64,000 bases of DNA from Adineta vaga (taxonomy: Eukaryota; Animalia; Rotifera). Positions 51,975-64,000 of the stretch are shown here, one piece after another (within the stretch, counting starts at the first letter, position 1; each line of letters opens with the position of its first letter). The position numbers and the translations under genes were made by a program. The stretch lies in contig CP075494.1 of NCBI GenBank assembly GCA_021613535.1, forward strand, positions 15,376,001 through 15,440,000, given 5' to 3'. A model generated the notes under the pieces. It saw nothing but the letters and a program-made list of their open reading frames with translations. It did no database searches and was not told the origin of the DNA.

Positions 51975-54655
51975 ATGCAATTGTATATCATTACCGGTAG
52001 GAGTCATTCTTTGTTTGAATATGAAAAATATTAGTTTGATTTCGACTAGGACACCACCCACTAATGTTCTTTTTTTTTGTTTCATTTAGTTTCTCTTGTG
52101 GTGCTACCATGTTTCGTAATATGTCAGATACCATTTTCTAATTTAAATCAATATAGTGCTTCCGTTGTTGGTGATCTTTCGCAACAACAGAATGGATCGA
52201 TTAGTAACCAATTTCATCAACCAAACAATGCTCAAATATCAACATCATCAGCAAGTTCATCGGAAAAATATATCGTCGGAAATTTATCTCAACCATTTAC
52301 ATTTCAAGTTGCACCACCATCGATAAAAGTGACATATTTAGGTTTAAATGGTCATTCATTGTATATTATGGGCGTTGGTTTTTCAAATAAATCGAAATTT
52401 AATTATGATGAAAAAACGAATCGATTAACAATTCTTTCACTTGATTCAACAACAGTTGGTTATTACTCAGCTGTTGATGCAAATTGGAAAACATTTACAA
52501 CGATACTTAGTGCAATTAATAGTGAGTCAATTAGTTGAATCTTCTTATTTAAAAAAAAAGCATTTTTTTCTTTTCATGTAGTTTCATCACTTCAAATTTA
52601 TAATTCTCATGTTAGTGAAGATAATAATGGTTCATCATTAGTCTCGTGCTCAGTTTCAATTATTCATTCAACATTTAAATTAGCTGAAACATCATCAAAA
52701 TCTACAGGTACTGAAAATTTACCTCGTCTAGATTTGTTCGTGTCAACTCGCGCAACAACATCAGTATTATCTAATACTAAAATTTATAATGATTCATTAA
52801 ATGAACAAAATTTTACTCGAAGAATTACTTTACAGCGTCCATTAACACGTGCAGATCATAATGGAACAATTCAATGTCAAGTTGAATCAAATAATAATAT
52901 CGATATTTATCTAATTAAAACTGTTCCTATTGATATTGAATGTGAGATAAATTCTTTCTTCTCTTCATATCTTTAGTTTTTGCTTTAGATGGACCTAATT
53001 TAGAAACAGGTGCACTACCGTCTGATTCATTGAAAAGTGAAGCTATGAAAATGATTGCTATGCAATGTCAGATTGAAGCGAATCCAACGCCATCTTATGT
53101 TTGGTATGAAACGTCAAATACTATATCATCGGATTACAATCAAATATTACCATCGGGTGGAGAAACTGTCTTTGGTACGACAAGAGAAATTCAAAGAATT
53201 TATCAATATCCAGGCAATTATACAATGCAATGTCAAGCTCAATCAAGAGGAAAAACAGTTAAACAAGATTTTATAATAACTGTTAGTTGTAAGTTATTAT
53301 TACATAGAAATCTTGATTTGATTTTTATAAAGATAATTTTCTTTTAGCACAATTAAATGCAATGAAATTAGGTTCAGATGCAGATGCAGTTCGAAAAAGT
53401 AAAAACATTTTATATTCTAGAAATTGATTATAGATTTGTTGTTTTTTGTATACTAGAATCCTATAAGATACCAATTATTATCGGAAGTATTGTTGGCAGT
53501 ATTTTACTTTTACTCGTTGCTGCAATTATTGCTGCAGCGATTATCTATTTACGACGACAAAAACTAAATCCTGATAAGAAATCATCGATGAGTAGTATGT
53601 TCTTTCGACTTTGTATATCATTTGATCGTTTATGAAATTTTCTCATTTTGTTCTAGATGAAAAATTATCGAATGAGTAAGTAGAGAATTTAATTCGTTGA
53701 AGAAAATATTTCTTTTGATAATCTTCTAGTAAACAAGGTAAAACTCGTTGGGGACCTTTACCAATCGATTATTCGAAATATAAACATGAATCATTAAAAG
53801 CTGATTCATCATCAACATCTCATCTTGTTGAATCAGCTGAAACAAATTCTCTTCAAGCTCCACCTGTTCCAGCTCGTCCATCACCAATGACAAGTACTCA
53901 TTCATCCTATCGACAAACACCATCAACAACAGTTTCATTTTCATATCGCCAAGCAAGTGCTCTGCCAGGTTTTCGTTCAACTGCTTCAACTCGAGCTTAT
54001 TCTCCAACCGAAGAAGATAATGATGAAGTTAATACAAATATTAATCCAATGCCATTAACAAACAATCGTTCACGAACAAATACACCATTCGGTTCACATA
54101 AATCTCTTTCGGAATCGATTCAATCGTTACGATCAAATCAACAACCTGCTTTTTCATTACCTGTTAAAAAGCGTCCACAAGATCCGCCCACACTTCTTCC
54201 TAAACGAGAACAACGAACATCACCAACGGATGTAACGAAAGATTATCAACATCATCATTATCATAATCCAGCACAATTACATGCTGAACAACAACAACAA
54301 AAAATTGCTGAAAGCACATCATCGGAAGAAGACTTTGAACCTCAACAGACAAATCAAACCTCCGAAGCTTCACCGGTATGTTGATTTCATAGTTTATACG
54401 AAAGACTTCTCAACTATCTTCAATTCTCGTTATTGTTTTTTCTAGGTCACTGGTTCGACCACTTCAGGATATAATCAAGTTGATTTTCATCATCAAAATG
54501 ATCGTCGAATTGTAACTCCATCACCGGCTCAAAAAATGGTTCTTCATCAACCTCAGGGAATTCATCACGATGAAGCTCCACCCTCATATCATCAAATAGC
54601 AAATAAGCCATCACCATCGCATGCCTATGCTTATCAAGAACCTACTGAAGTTTAA
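51975..54655 (+). CDS. Ig-superfamily single-pass receptor/adhesion protein with C-terminal PDZ-binding motif (multi-exon)
   Basis: Signal peptide. Ig-like LTRADHNGTIQCQVE and MQCQIEANPTPSYVW...GNYTMQCQAQ. TM IIIGSIVGSILLLLVAAIIAAAIIYL; S/P-rich tail ending EPTEV*. Confidence 0.8.
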
Positions 54656-55160
54656 GTCAAATATCTTTTGTTTTCGTAGTCGGAACGAATGAATCTCTTG
54701 TTTTAGCAAATGTTGCTCTTCATGTTTTTTCTCTCACTCATATATATATGCAGATTAATCAGATATTATGATCAATGTGTGCGTGTGCGTGTGCGTGTGT
54801 ACATTCCACTCAATTTATTCAATAATGTTTGCAATTGTTTTGCTTTTTCTTTTTCTTTTTGTTATGCTATCATTCTATACAACGAATCTTTTTTCTAATC
54901 GAATTTTTTCTGTATAACACAATGCATATTTACTTTGATTAAAAGTTCTTTACTAGCAAAAGAAGTTTGCTTATATTAAAACTGAATCTCTCAAGGACGA
55001 AAATGTTCATAATGACAGTGACATTCATTATACATACAATCAATGAGAATTGACAGTTTCTTTACATTTGAATTTGAATGAGTTGCTCTTGTGATCAATG
55101 CCGGAACACAATCGTGATTGTTTTCTTAGAAAATCAAGGAGAATTTATATTCACTTTCAG

Positions 55161-56641
55161 ATGGATCCACTTCCATTAGGTCGTTGTGGTCATAAGAATC
55201 GTTTAACGAAGCCAATTCAATGTAATCGTTGGGCGATACTTGTTTGTTCGCATTGTAATCAAGGCGTATGTTCGGAACATGAAAAACTTCATCAACAAGA
55301 AATGGAAACACGAACAGATCAACTTAATAATCAAATCAATGAACTCCGTCAGATTTTATATACGATGACATATGAACAGATGATTCGTAATTTAGAACAT
55401 GAACTCGATCAATGGTCACAAAAATGTAAAAATGAAATTGATCAAAAACAGATTTTGATGTTAAAACAGGGAAAAGATTTCATTCAACGATTGAATGTCG
55501 AAGAATTTCGATCGAGACATTTGAATCAAATTGAACAAGATATTGGACAACCATTAGTACATCTTCTTTGTTCAACAAACAATATTCATGTGAAACATAT
55601 CGAACGATTAGAACTACAACTCGCAGAACTTCGAAATAAGATGTCATTTTTTCAAATTACTGATGACGGGTAATGCGATCTCATATAAACACGAATTCAA
55701 CATGCTCTTTCTTCTCGTTTAGTCAGATACAAGTTAATCAATCGTCATCATCGTTACCATTTTCTAGACATTCATTAATTAACTGTCCAGGTGCGATGGC
55801 TGGTTCATATCCTCATCAAAATTATTTACTTATTTTTCAAGCTAAACCCTGTTTCTCTCTTGTTTTGTTTGAAAATCATCAACAACGAGGTCGAACTTCG
55901 ATCGATGATTATGTTAATGATATATGTTGGTGTCAATCGATGGAAATCTTTCTTATTGCAACCGAATGTTTTCTTTATGAATTTTGTCCAGTCAATAATC
56001 GTCTTTCACGTACTTATGAAAACTCAAAATCAAATGGAATAATATGGAGTTTAGCATGTCATTCGACAAATCTATATGTGTTGCATAAGCCTGAAATGAT
56101 TATGTATCAAAGAGATATGAAGAAATCGTATGAGATAAAAAGGAAAATAGATCTGCTACATGAATCAAGTGATCAAACCATTGGTTGTATTCGTATTGAT
56201 CAACGAAGAGAAATTTGTAATTATCAGTTGAATTATGTTCTACTAAATAAAAAAGAAATCGTCTTTTTTTTTTCGTTTAGTGGCATTATCAATCAAACAA
56301 AATGATAAACAATGGCGTGTAGATCTCTTTTCAATAAATACTCTGCAACGTTTATATTATGGATCACCGTTTCATCTATTCAATGAAAATATTTCTGAGT
56401 ATTGTAAGTCACTATTTTTCTATTAATTCGTATTGATTATTTGTAATTTTTATTAGGTATGTTAACACCATTACTGAACAAACATCATCAATGGTTAGTT
56501 CAAAACAATCAAAGTATATTGCTCGATGAACAAGGTCAAGTAATTCAACAAACGAATCGTTCTGGATATAATCTCACTCTTCTTGGTCAGGATCAGATAG
56601 TTTTTCTTGATTATACTGGTGTTGATATTTGTCAACGTTAA
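55161..56641 (+). CDS. B-box-like Zn finger, coiled coil and degenerate beta-propeller protein (multi-exon)
   Basis: C..(n)CSHCNQGVCSEHEKLH, a coiled coil, then beta-strand repeats (VNDICWC, IWSLAC, IGCIRI). Confidence 0.7.
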
Positions 56642-56716
56642 AAGTTTTATTTTCGTAGTTTTAAAACTTATTGTTTGAAAGAAAAGAAGATCTTTTAAAT
56701 TAACATCTATTTTGTG

Positions 56717-56834
56717 TAGTGTAGAAATCGTTGATTCGATTCGAGTATTAAACTTCTTCTTCAACTTTTAAACTGAAACTTTTAGAGGTTTAAAACTTGA
56801 CTTGAATAGTTGAAACGTCTTTTCGATTTCTACA
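56717..56834. mobile_element. MITE with 11-nt terminal inverted repeat TGTAGAAATCG
   Basis: TGTAGAAATCG (56720) and CGATTTCTACA (56824-56834); second copy at 29015. Confidence 0.72.
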
Positions 56835-57044
56835 TGTATGAGTTTGTTTATGATCATATTACCTGAATTCCATCGCGAATGTTCTTTTTTTTCTTTCTGT
56901 AGAAAAAGACATTCTCTTATTCATGATAAATATATCGTTATCACTGACTCATTGATGACTTGTCGTGTAGTTTGCGTCAATATATATATATATATAAAGG
57001 TGAAAAATATAAAGCTATAAACACATTCATACACTAAAATAATA

Positions 57045-59547
57045 ATGCTACGAATTCAAAGTATTTTAACAGCTACAAAGAGTCTTCCTGATCAGCCAAA
57101 ATATGTTCCATTGAAAGAAATTCATGTTGAAGGAAAGATTCATTCATTTGCTGCTGATGTAACAATCAAACAAGTGTTTCGTAATGATGAAACAAATCCA
57201 ATTGAAGCTGTCTATTGTTTTCCTATCGAAGAACAAGCTGCAGTTTATAAATTTATTGCACAAATTGATGATCGACAAATTGAAGCCGAATTGAAAGAAA
57301 AAAAAGAAGCACAAAAAGAATATAACGATGCTCTTCAACAAGGTCATGGTGCTTATTTACTTGAACAAGATGAAAAATCTCAAGATAATTTTGTTATTAA
57401 CATCGGTGCACTTCCCGCTGGAAAAGAATGTCATATAACAATATCCTATGTAACTGAACTAGCTCTAATTGATAATGGAAAAAAGATTCAATTTGTTATT
57501 CCAACGACCATTGCACCTCGTTATAATCCATCAAAAGGTGGAATATCTTCACCAGCCGGAACAAATTCTCAATATGTTCAAAATGCACCTTATACAATTG
57601 ATTTTCAATGTGAAATTGCAAAAACAAATGTTTCAAGTGTTAGTTCCTCATCTCATCCAATTCAAATTGATTTCAATCAACAAGATTATTATTTAATTAA
57701 ATTTAGTCAAAATCAAACACATTTAGATCGTGATATTCTTCTTGATATTCATTTAAATGAACAACGATCAAATACAATTTTAGCAGTTGAACAAAATGTT
57801 TTTATGATTTCTTTTACACCAACTGAACAAGATTGTCAACGAGCAATGAATAATTTAGAATTAACAAATGAATTTATATTTATTGTTGATTGTAGTGGAT
57901 CAATGCAACATGAAGATAAGATTGGTTATGCTCGTCAATCGATGATACTTTTCTTAAAAAGTCTACCATTAGATTCATATTTTAATATAATTCGTTTTGG
58001 AACGAGTTATAAATCATTATTTGATCAAGCAACAGTTGTTTATAATAAAGAAAACTCAAAAAAAGCAGAAGATTTAATTAAAAATATGCAAGCAGATTTG
58101 GGTGGAACAGAATTAGTAAGTTCAAAATAAAAGTTTTTATTCATGATCTCTTTATTATTAATTTTTTGTTTAGTTAAATCCATTAAAATGGCTTGAAGAA
58201 CATCCACCACAAGATGGTCGTTCTCGACAAATATTTCTTTTAACTGATGGTGAAATCTCGAATGTTGATGAAGTTCTTAGTTTATGTCGTTCAATGTCGA
58301 AATCATCACGAATATTTTCATTTGGTTTAGGTCAATCACCAAGTCGTTCATTAGTTAAAGGTTTAGCACGTTCAACTAATGGTCGTTTTTGTTTTATTCC
58401 ACCATCAACCAAAGTTGATACATATGTTGGTCAACAATTAGAAAAAGCTCTTCAACCATCCATAACAAATTTAGAACTCAAATGGAATTTACCAAATGAA
58501 ATAACAACTGCACCAAAAATTCTTCCACCAGTTTATGCAAATGATCGTTTAATTGTTTATGGATTAATTAACGATCCGTCCATTCAATTTGACCATAACA
58601 TTCAAATTGAATTATTTAATAATCAACAGAAATTAACTGAAGCAAAAATAACACAAATACCAAATATCATTCAAAATCAAACAATTAGTCGTTTAGCTGG
58701 AAAAGCTTTGATACTTGAACTACAACATTCTAAATTACCACCCTCACCAAGAAAAGGATCGACACAAGCAAGATTTCAAGAATTAAATCAACAAGATCAA
58801 AAATCCGTTGATGAACGAAAAGAAGAACAGAAAAAACGTATTATTGATTTATCATTAAAATATCATATTCTTAGTCCATATACTTCATTTGTTGGAATTG
58901 AAAAACGTTTGAATGGAAATAATGATCAGATGGTATTACGTGAAGTTCCTATTCAAATTTCAGCTGATGTTCAACATTTACAAACTGCACGTTTCCCGAT
59001 GTGCGCCCGTCGATCTGCTGTAGATGTGAAATGCCGTAAAACGGCTATGCCTACATCCAAGATAAAAACATTTTTTCGACCGATAGCCCCTTATTCTAGC
59101 GCAGATTCTTTGGATTATTCTATTAAGAAGTCTTGTGCAGCTCCTCGGTCTATGAACTCGTTAAGTTCAACCGCTTCAGCGCGTTCTGAAAGGCTGCAAA
59201 TAGAGATAGAGAATGCGATGGATGAAGATGACAAAGAATTTCCAACTGATGATGAAAATATTGTTCGTTATTTAATTGATAAACAAAACTTTGATGGAGT
59301 TTGGAATATCGATTCAGAAACCATTCAAAAATTAACAGGAAAACCATTAAATCAATTTCAATATTCAATTCAAAAAGAATTAATTATTTCAATAATAATT
59401 ATTATTTTATTAGAAACACGTTTTTCATCATATTCTTCAATGTGTCATGGAATAGTCCAAAAATCCAAAAAACGAATACTCGATTTACTTAACAAAGATC
59501 AAAATCGATTTCAATCGTTATTTGATGATATCCGAAAACAACTCTAA
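57045..59547 (+). CDS. VWA5A-like protein (VIT plus vWA domains), 2 exons
   Basis: VIT domain (NPIEAVYCFP...AQKEYNDALQQGHGAYLLEQ), MIDAS FIVDCSGSM, ADLGGTEL, FLLTDGEI, SPYTSFV; intron 58116-58172. Confidence 0.92.
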
Positions 59548-60059
59548 ACCATTTTCTTTGTCAAGTTAACATAGTTAGAGAATAAATTACATGTTTTATC
59601 AACCTAACATTGATTTCCATTCTCTTTAATAAGGACGAATCGCGCGATAGCGCATAACAATTTAAAATTGTATAAATTTTTTTCTATATCTGTAACCACT
59701 CTTGAAAATAAAATTTCGACTAAATTATCCAAGCCAAATGTTATTTCGAAGTGCGAAAGATGAAAGTAATTAAGTACATTTGGAAAATGCAGTGTCCTTG
59801 AGGGTGCGATGTATCAAGACAAATTCCACTTATAGTAGAAGCGAACCATATATTCATACTTATTTTGGAATAAAGATCACAAATACGATATCACGTTCTC
59901 GATTTGATATATATTTTTGTTTTAAATTAGTTCTTAAAAAATATTGAAATATTTATAAGGTGCAGCTAAAGCAAAATTTCAGCACCTCCGATTTCTCGCT
60001 GAAAGATGCATAGCTAGATGCAGTTTTTCACGGTGATCATGAATACGATATTATTTTTT

Positions 60060-60147
60060 GAGTGTGAGGGTGAGGCTGTGAATATGCTTTGAACATGATT
60101 ATCACACCCATACCCTCAGCCATAGTCATATCCTCACCCTCACCCTT
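60060..60147. repeat. Imperfect hairpin of telomere-like hexamers (TGAGGG...CCCTCA)
   Basis: GAGTGTGAGGGTGAGGCTGTGAATATG vs the reverse complement of CATAGTCATATCCTCACCCTCACCCTT. Confidence 0.7.
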
Positions 60148-60525
60148 AACATCTAATTTTAAAATTTAGTATATTTTAAAGAAAAATCTTGCGTAAAATA
60201 AGTATTTGAATTGGATGAGATTAATAATGTTTTCAAATGTCAAAATCAATATGATTTTTCTTCAGTCACTATATTGATTAAATCTTTTACTTGATTGATT
60301 AAGCGCATAATTTTTATTGAATTAATAATGATGTTAATCGAAATGAAAACTTTTTATTATTTCGAATTAAATACTTAACTTCAGAGTAATAAACAAATTA
60401 GAAGTGGGATATCAGTGAGTGAACAAATACAATATTTTATTCTCAAATTGATTGAAATTTTAGTTTTTTATTATCTTTTTTGGAGCATAAATGTGAACTA
60501 TAATAAAGACAAAAAAGAAAAGTTT

Positions 60526-61911
60526 TTATTCGAGAATTTCAACAATTTTTCCAACGGCAACAACTCGACCTTTCTCACGTAATGTAAAACGAGCAAGTTG
60601 ATAAGACCGACTAAATGGTTCCATACAAATAGCTTGTGCAGATTGTGTTAATTCAAATCTTGCTATAGCTACCTGATCTTGTTTTATAAATCTTGGATGT
60701 TCTTGAGTTCTTTCACCTGTATTACGATTGATTAATGTTATTAATTTTTTAAATCGAACTTCAACAGCAGTTGTATGGATATGAAGAATAGTGGAGTAGC
60801 TTGGGTACATGACTGATTTATGTTCAAGTACAGTAATCTATTTACAAGATGTACATATCTTTAGAATTAATTCTCTATTTATTTTTTCTTTTACTTGTGC
60901 ATCGAAGACTATTCCAACTCCGCAGGGTCCTTGTTGAGCATTACATAGTATAAATCCAGATGAAATTTCCTAAAAAAAGTTCATTAAAAATTAGCATTAA
61001 TTCAAACAAAAAAAACTAACTTCTTCAACATTTTTTAATTTAAGTCGAACAATTTGTCCACAAACACAGGAATTAGTTTCAATATCTTCATAATAACTAT
61101 TTTTAACTTCAACAGCTGTTCGATTAGGCATAATTAAACATTGATCACCAACATGACAATATCCTGATATAACTTTACCGATAATATTTGTACCCATTTC
61201 CTTAAAAAAATTCCAATTTGATATTTCAAAAATAAAGTCAAACTAACTGTATATCGTTTAGTAATGACTATTCTAAGTGGACCATTAATATTGTGTTCAA
61301 GTACTTGTAAATTATCAAAACATTCATCAAGAGGTGATTCTCTAAATGGAAAAAAAGATTTTTGTTTTCATTTTTGAGATATTGAGAATATATAAACATA
61401 ACGATTCTTTTTTTTTGCGATTCACATTATCATTTGATTTAGACGATCTTCAATGTTGATACGAACTAGTTTTATGAGTACATCTTTCTCTTTATCGGTA
61501 ATGTCAAAAGTAACATGGTTTTCATTTTCAATATAGCGAATAAGATCGTATTCTTTACAATGATCATGAATAATATCATATAAATAATTTTCAATGAAAC
61601 CATGTGATTCATAATTTATTGTACTTTTATGTAATATAAGTTCTATTAATTCATTTTTTGACAAGTCTGCTTCGTTGCAAAATGCTTGAAGAATCTTATT
61701 AATTAATAATATTGCTTCATCATTGGTTTCTTCTCCAGATTTAATCCATTCTAATGTAGATGGTCTATAATATTTTTTGACATCATAACATGGCTCTAAT
61801 GTTCTCCAGTTTTCTTTATTTTTTTGATTAAATTCATCTTTAATTCGTTCGATCAATAGCACTAATAAATCACCATAGACTTCGTTTAATACTCGACGAC
61901 CAGAGTTTTGT
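60526..61911 (-). CDS. Divergent eRF3 (GSPT/Sup35) domain II-III module lacking the G domain, preceded by an unknown helical exon; 5' end unresolved
   Basis: GPLRIVITKRYT/EMGTNIIGKVISG...LIMPNRTAVEV...VRLKLKNVEE/EISSGFILC...FDAQ/ITVLEHKS...LHIHT...PRFIKQDQVAIARFE...ARFTLREKGRVVAVGKIV. Four intact exons, 61341 to 60526. Confidence 0.8.
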
Positions 61912-62632
61912 CTATAACAAATGATTAAGAATTTGAGAGATGAGAATAAAAGACTGACTATGAGTTGTCTAATTCCGAGTACGAATATAAATGAAAGTTT
62001 AACTGTCTGTAATATCACTTTAAAAATAAATCTGTCACTTGATTTATAGCAGAAAAAAAAAGACTTCATTTATAAATTATAATTGACATTAGATTTTTCT
62101 ATAATTTTACTTTTGAGGGTAGCGGAAGAACAAGTTATAGAGGACATAAAGTCAGAATCAGGACAAAGAAAAGAAGTCTACAGAAAGCGTATGAACTAGA
62201 ATGAACATGGGTGAATTGCACTGGTATTGTACCGTTTGACGGGAAAAAACGAAAAAAATACAAATCGTTGTAAATAATATCGAAATAGTGCATTCGAAAG
62301 AGACCTAAAATATGTGTTCAAATATACTATTTTCCACACTACCAGACCGTCTGTTGAATACAAAATCGAGTTTTATAAAATTACGCATATTTTTGACGAT
62401 ATTTTAACATTATAGAAATCGATACTTTTCTAATTTTTTCACTAAAAATATTCCATATAAGCATTTATATATTGATATTATATGTCAGATGAAAGCTTTT
62501 GAAAAGAAGAATCTTATAAGGATACGAAAAAACACTATTTATAGATACGCAAACGTTGTTTTTGCAATGAGATGTTAGGTTAATATATTTAAATCATACT
62601 AATGTCATAGTAGCGTGCCAACATTATAACAG

Positions 62633-63109
62633 TGTTGATTGATCTAAGATTTATATCACAGATACATAATTGATTGCTCAACATATGCTGAAAATTTCAG
62701 CTCTAAAGGTTGAGAAATCGTGGAGAAAACTATTAATATATTTCATGTACTTATGTGTGAGTGAAATGGAAATTTGATATTTTGTTTATCACTACATCAT
62801 TTCAAATTTATTTTCGAATTTCTGATGGTAGCTACTTCCTTCTTAGACACGACTTTTCGAAGAGACATCTTAAGATGTCTCTTCGAAAAGTCGTGTCTAA
62901 GAAGGAAGTAGCTACCATCAGAAATTCGAAAATAAATTTGAAATAATGTAGTAATAAACAAAATATCAAATTTCCATTTCACTCCCACATAAGTACTTGA
63001 AATATATTAATAGTTTCTCCACGATTTCTCAACCTTTAGAGCTGAAATTTTCAGCATATGTTGAGCAATCAATTATGTATCTGTTATATAAATATTAGAC
63101 CAAACAACA
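62633..63109. repeat. ~480-bp spacerless palindrome centred between 62871 and 62872
   Basis: ...GAAGAGACATCTT|AAGATGTCTCTTC...; arms of ~238 nt, perfect over the inner ~73 nt; yields the same pseudo-ORF on both strands. Confidence 0.97.
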
Positions 63110-63817
63110 ATGGTTTAGAGAAATCATAGAAGAAATAAGGCGTTCCGTTAATTTTGATCAGGGGGATATTATATTGACGGTTGTTTTTTTCCAATTGAAC
63201 GGATGATGCAATGTTTCTTCTTTTCCTTCCAGAAAAAAGAAAAGAATTCTACGATTATTTATGTGATAAACATTTTCTCATTGTATTTTTTTGTTCATTT
63301 TTTCTTTCTCTCCTTCTTTTTTCTCTTTTTCGTCTCATCAGAGCCTCACTTGCCGTTGAAAGGTATGTGGAAGAATTAATAACATCAGTTGGAGACAAAT
63401 TGCGTACAAGAAAAATCTAACATATCTTCACAAACAACATGAGAGTGAGGGTATGAATGAGAATCTGGGCGTGGGGAGGGGTCAGTACAAGCAGCCACAA
63501 CCGATTTCGTCATTCTTTAGATGAATCATCATATGGTGTGATGTCTATAAATAATTTCAAAAGACTAGTTTTAATTAAAATTGATACTTTAAAATCAAAT
63601 ATACTTACGATATATATGCTACAAAGTAATTTAGTAAAAAAGATAAAAAAAATGACGATATGAAATAGACAATTCAAGGGATATTAAAGAAATGCAATTA
63701 ATTCAACTTGTTCATTGTAACAACTGTGTTTGTTCTCTTTTGATAAGAAATTTTATATGACAAGTTTTCCATTTTACTTCTAAATAAACGGTTATAAAAA
63801 AAACAGAGAAAAAAATC

Positions 63818-64000
63818 TTAAGCAACTTCTGCTTCATCATGTTGTTCTTTTAGTTCATCCTTTTGATCTTGTGCATTGGATAAACCTTGATTAATCCAAT
63901 CTTCAAATGATCCAATTAATTTCCATTCAGGAATGTTATGAATAGCCAAATAAATTCTTCCTGATCGAATACTTAACAAATATTGTTCAGCATAATCATC
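63818..64000 (-). CDS. 3' end of a gene entering from the right edge; possible SUKH (SMI1/KNR4)-like C-terminal part
   Basis: Open frame DDYAEQYLLSIRSGRIYLAIHNIPEWKLIGSFEDWINQGLSNAQDQKDELKEQHDEAEVA*. Confidence 0.6.
   Translation of the reverse strand, partial: DDYAEQYLLSIRSGRIYLAIHNIPEWKLIGSFEDWINQGLSNAQDQKDELKEQHDEAEVA

Noticed and set aside
62761-62988. Twin 61/63-aa ORFs on opposite strands
   Set aside because: By-product of the palindrome; non-ATG starts and no coding bias.
63325-63345. CTGATGAGACGAAA on the minus strand, hammerhead-core-like
   Set aside because: Stem II would have a 1-nt loop and no stem III or cleavage triplet can be formed.
1-64000. CRISPR arrays, tRNA, rRNA, intact transposase or reverse transcriptase
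   Set aside because: None seen; tandem repeats are coding or simple microsatellites such as (GA)n near 42682 and (TA)n near 50696.

Overview
AT-rich, gene-dense eukaryotic DNA with many short (~45-85 nt) GT-AG introns. It holds clear metazoan genes (GRK2/beta-ARK, Lhx2/9 LIM-homeobox, Rab32/38, nuclear receptors, RPS21, NDUFV3, PIG-L, VWA5A-like, Ig-superfamily receptor) mixed with bacterial-looking genes (NCS2/AzgA-type permease with introns, DUF3990-like ADP-ribosyltransferase, R-S-E ART with a bacterial-type C-terminal domain, pentapeptide-repeat protein). This combination points to a bdelloid rotifer (inference). About 27 gene models were reconstructed by eye, plus two pseudogene remnants, several MITE-like repeats and a ~480 bp spacerless palindrome. 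The most notable observations are: an intact eRF3 domain II-III module with no GTPase domain, apparently spliced to an unknown helical domain; a GRK2 gene with two paralogous alternative last exons for the PH C-terminal helix; an operon-like NDUFV3-PIGL pair ~100 nt apart; a CAP protein ending in KR-delimited repeated peptides; duplicated DNase II genes with a sharp gene-conversion-like tract; and a dead-plus-active tandem serine protease with a 12-nt microexon. All family assignments come from recognising motifs, not from database searches.
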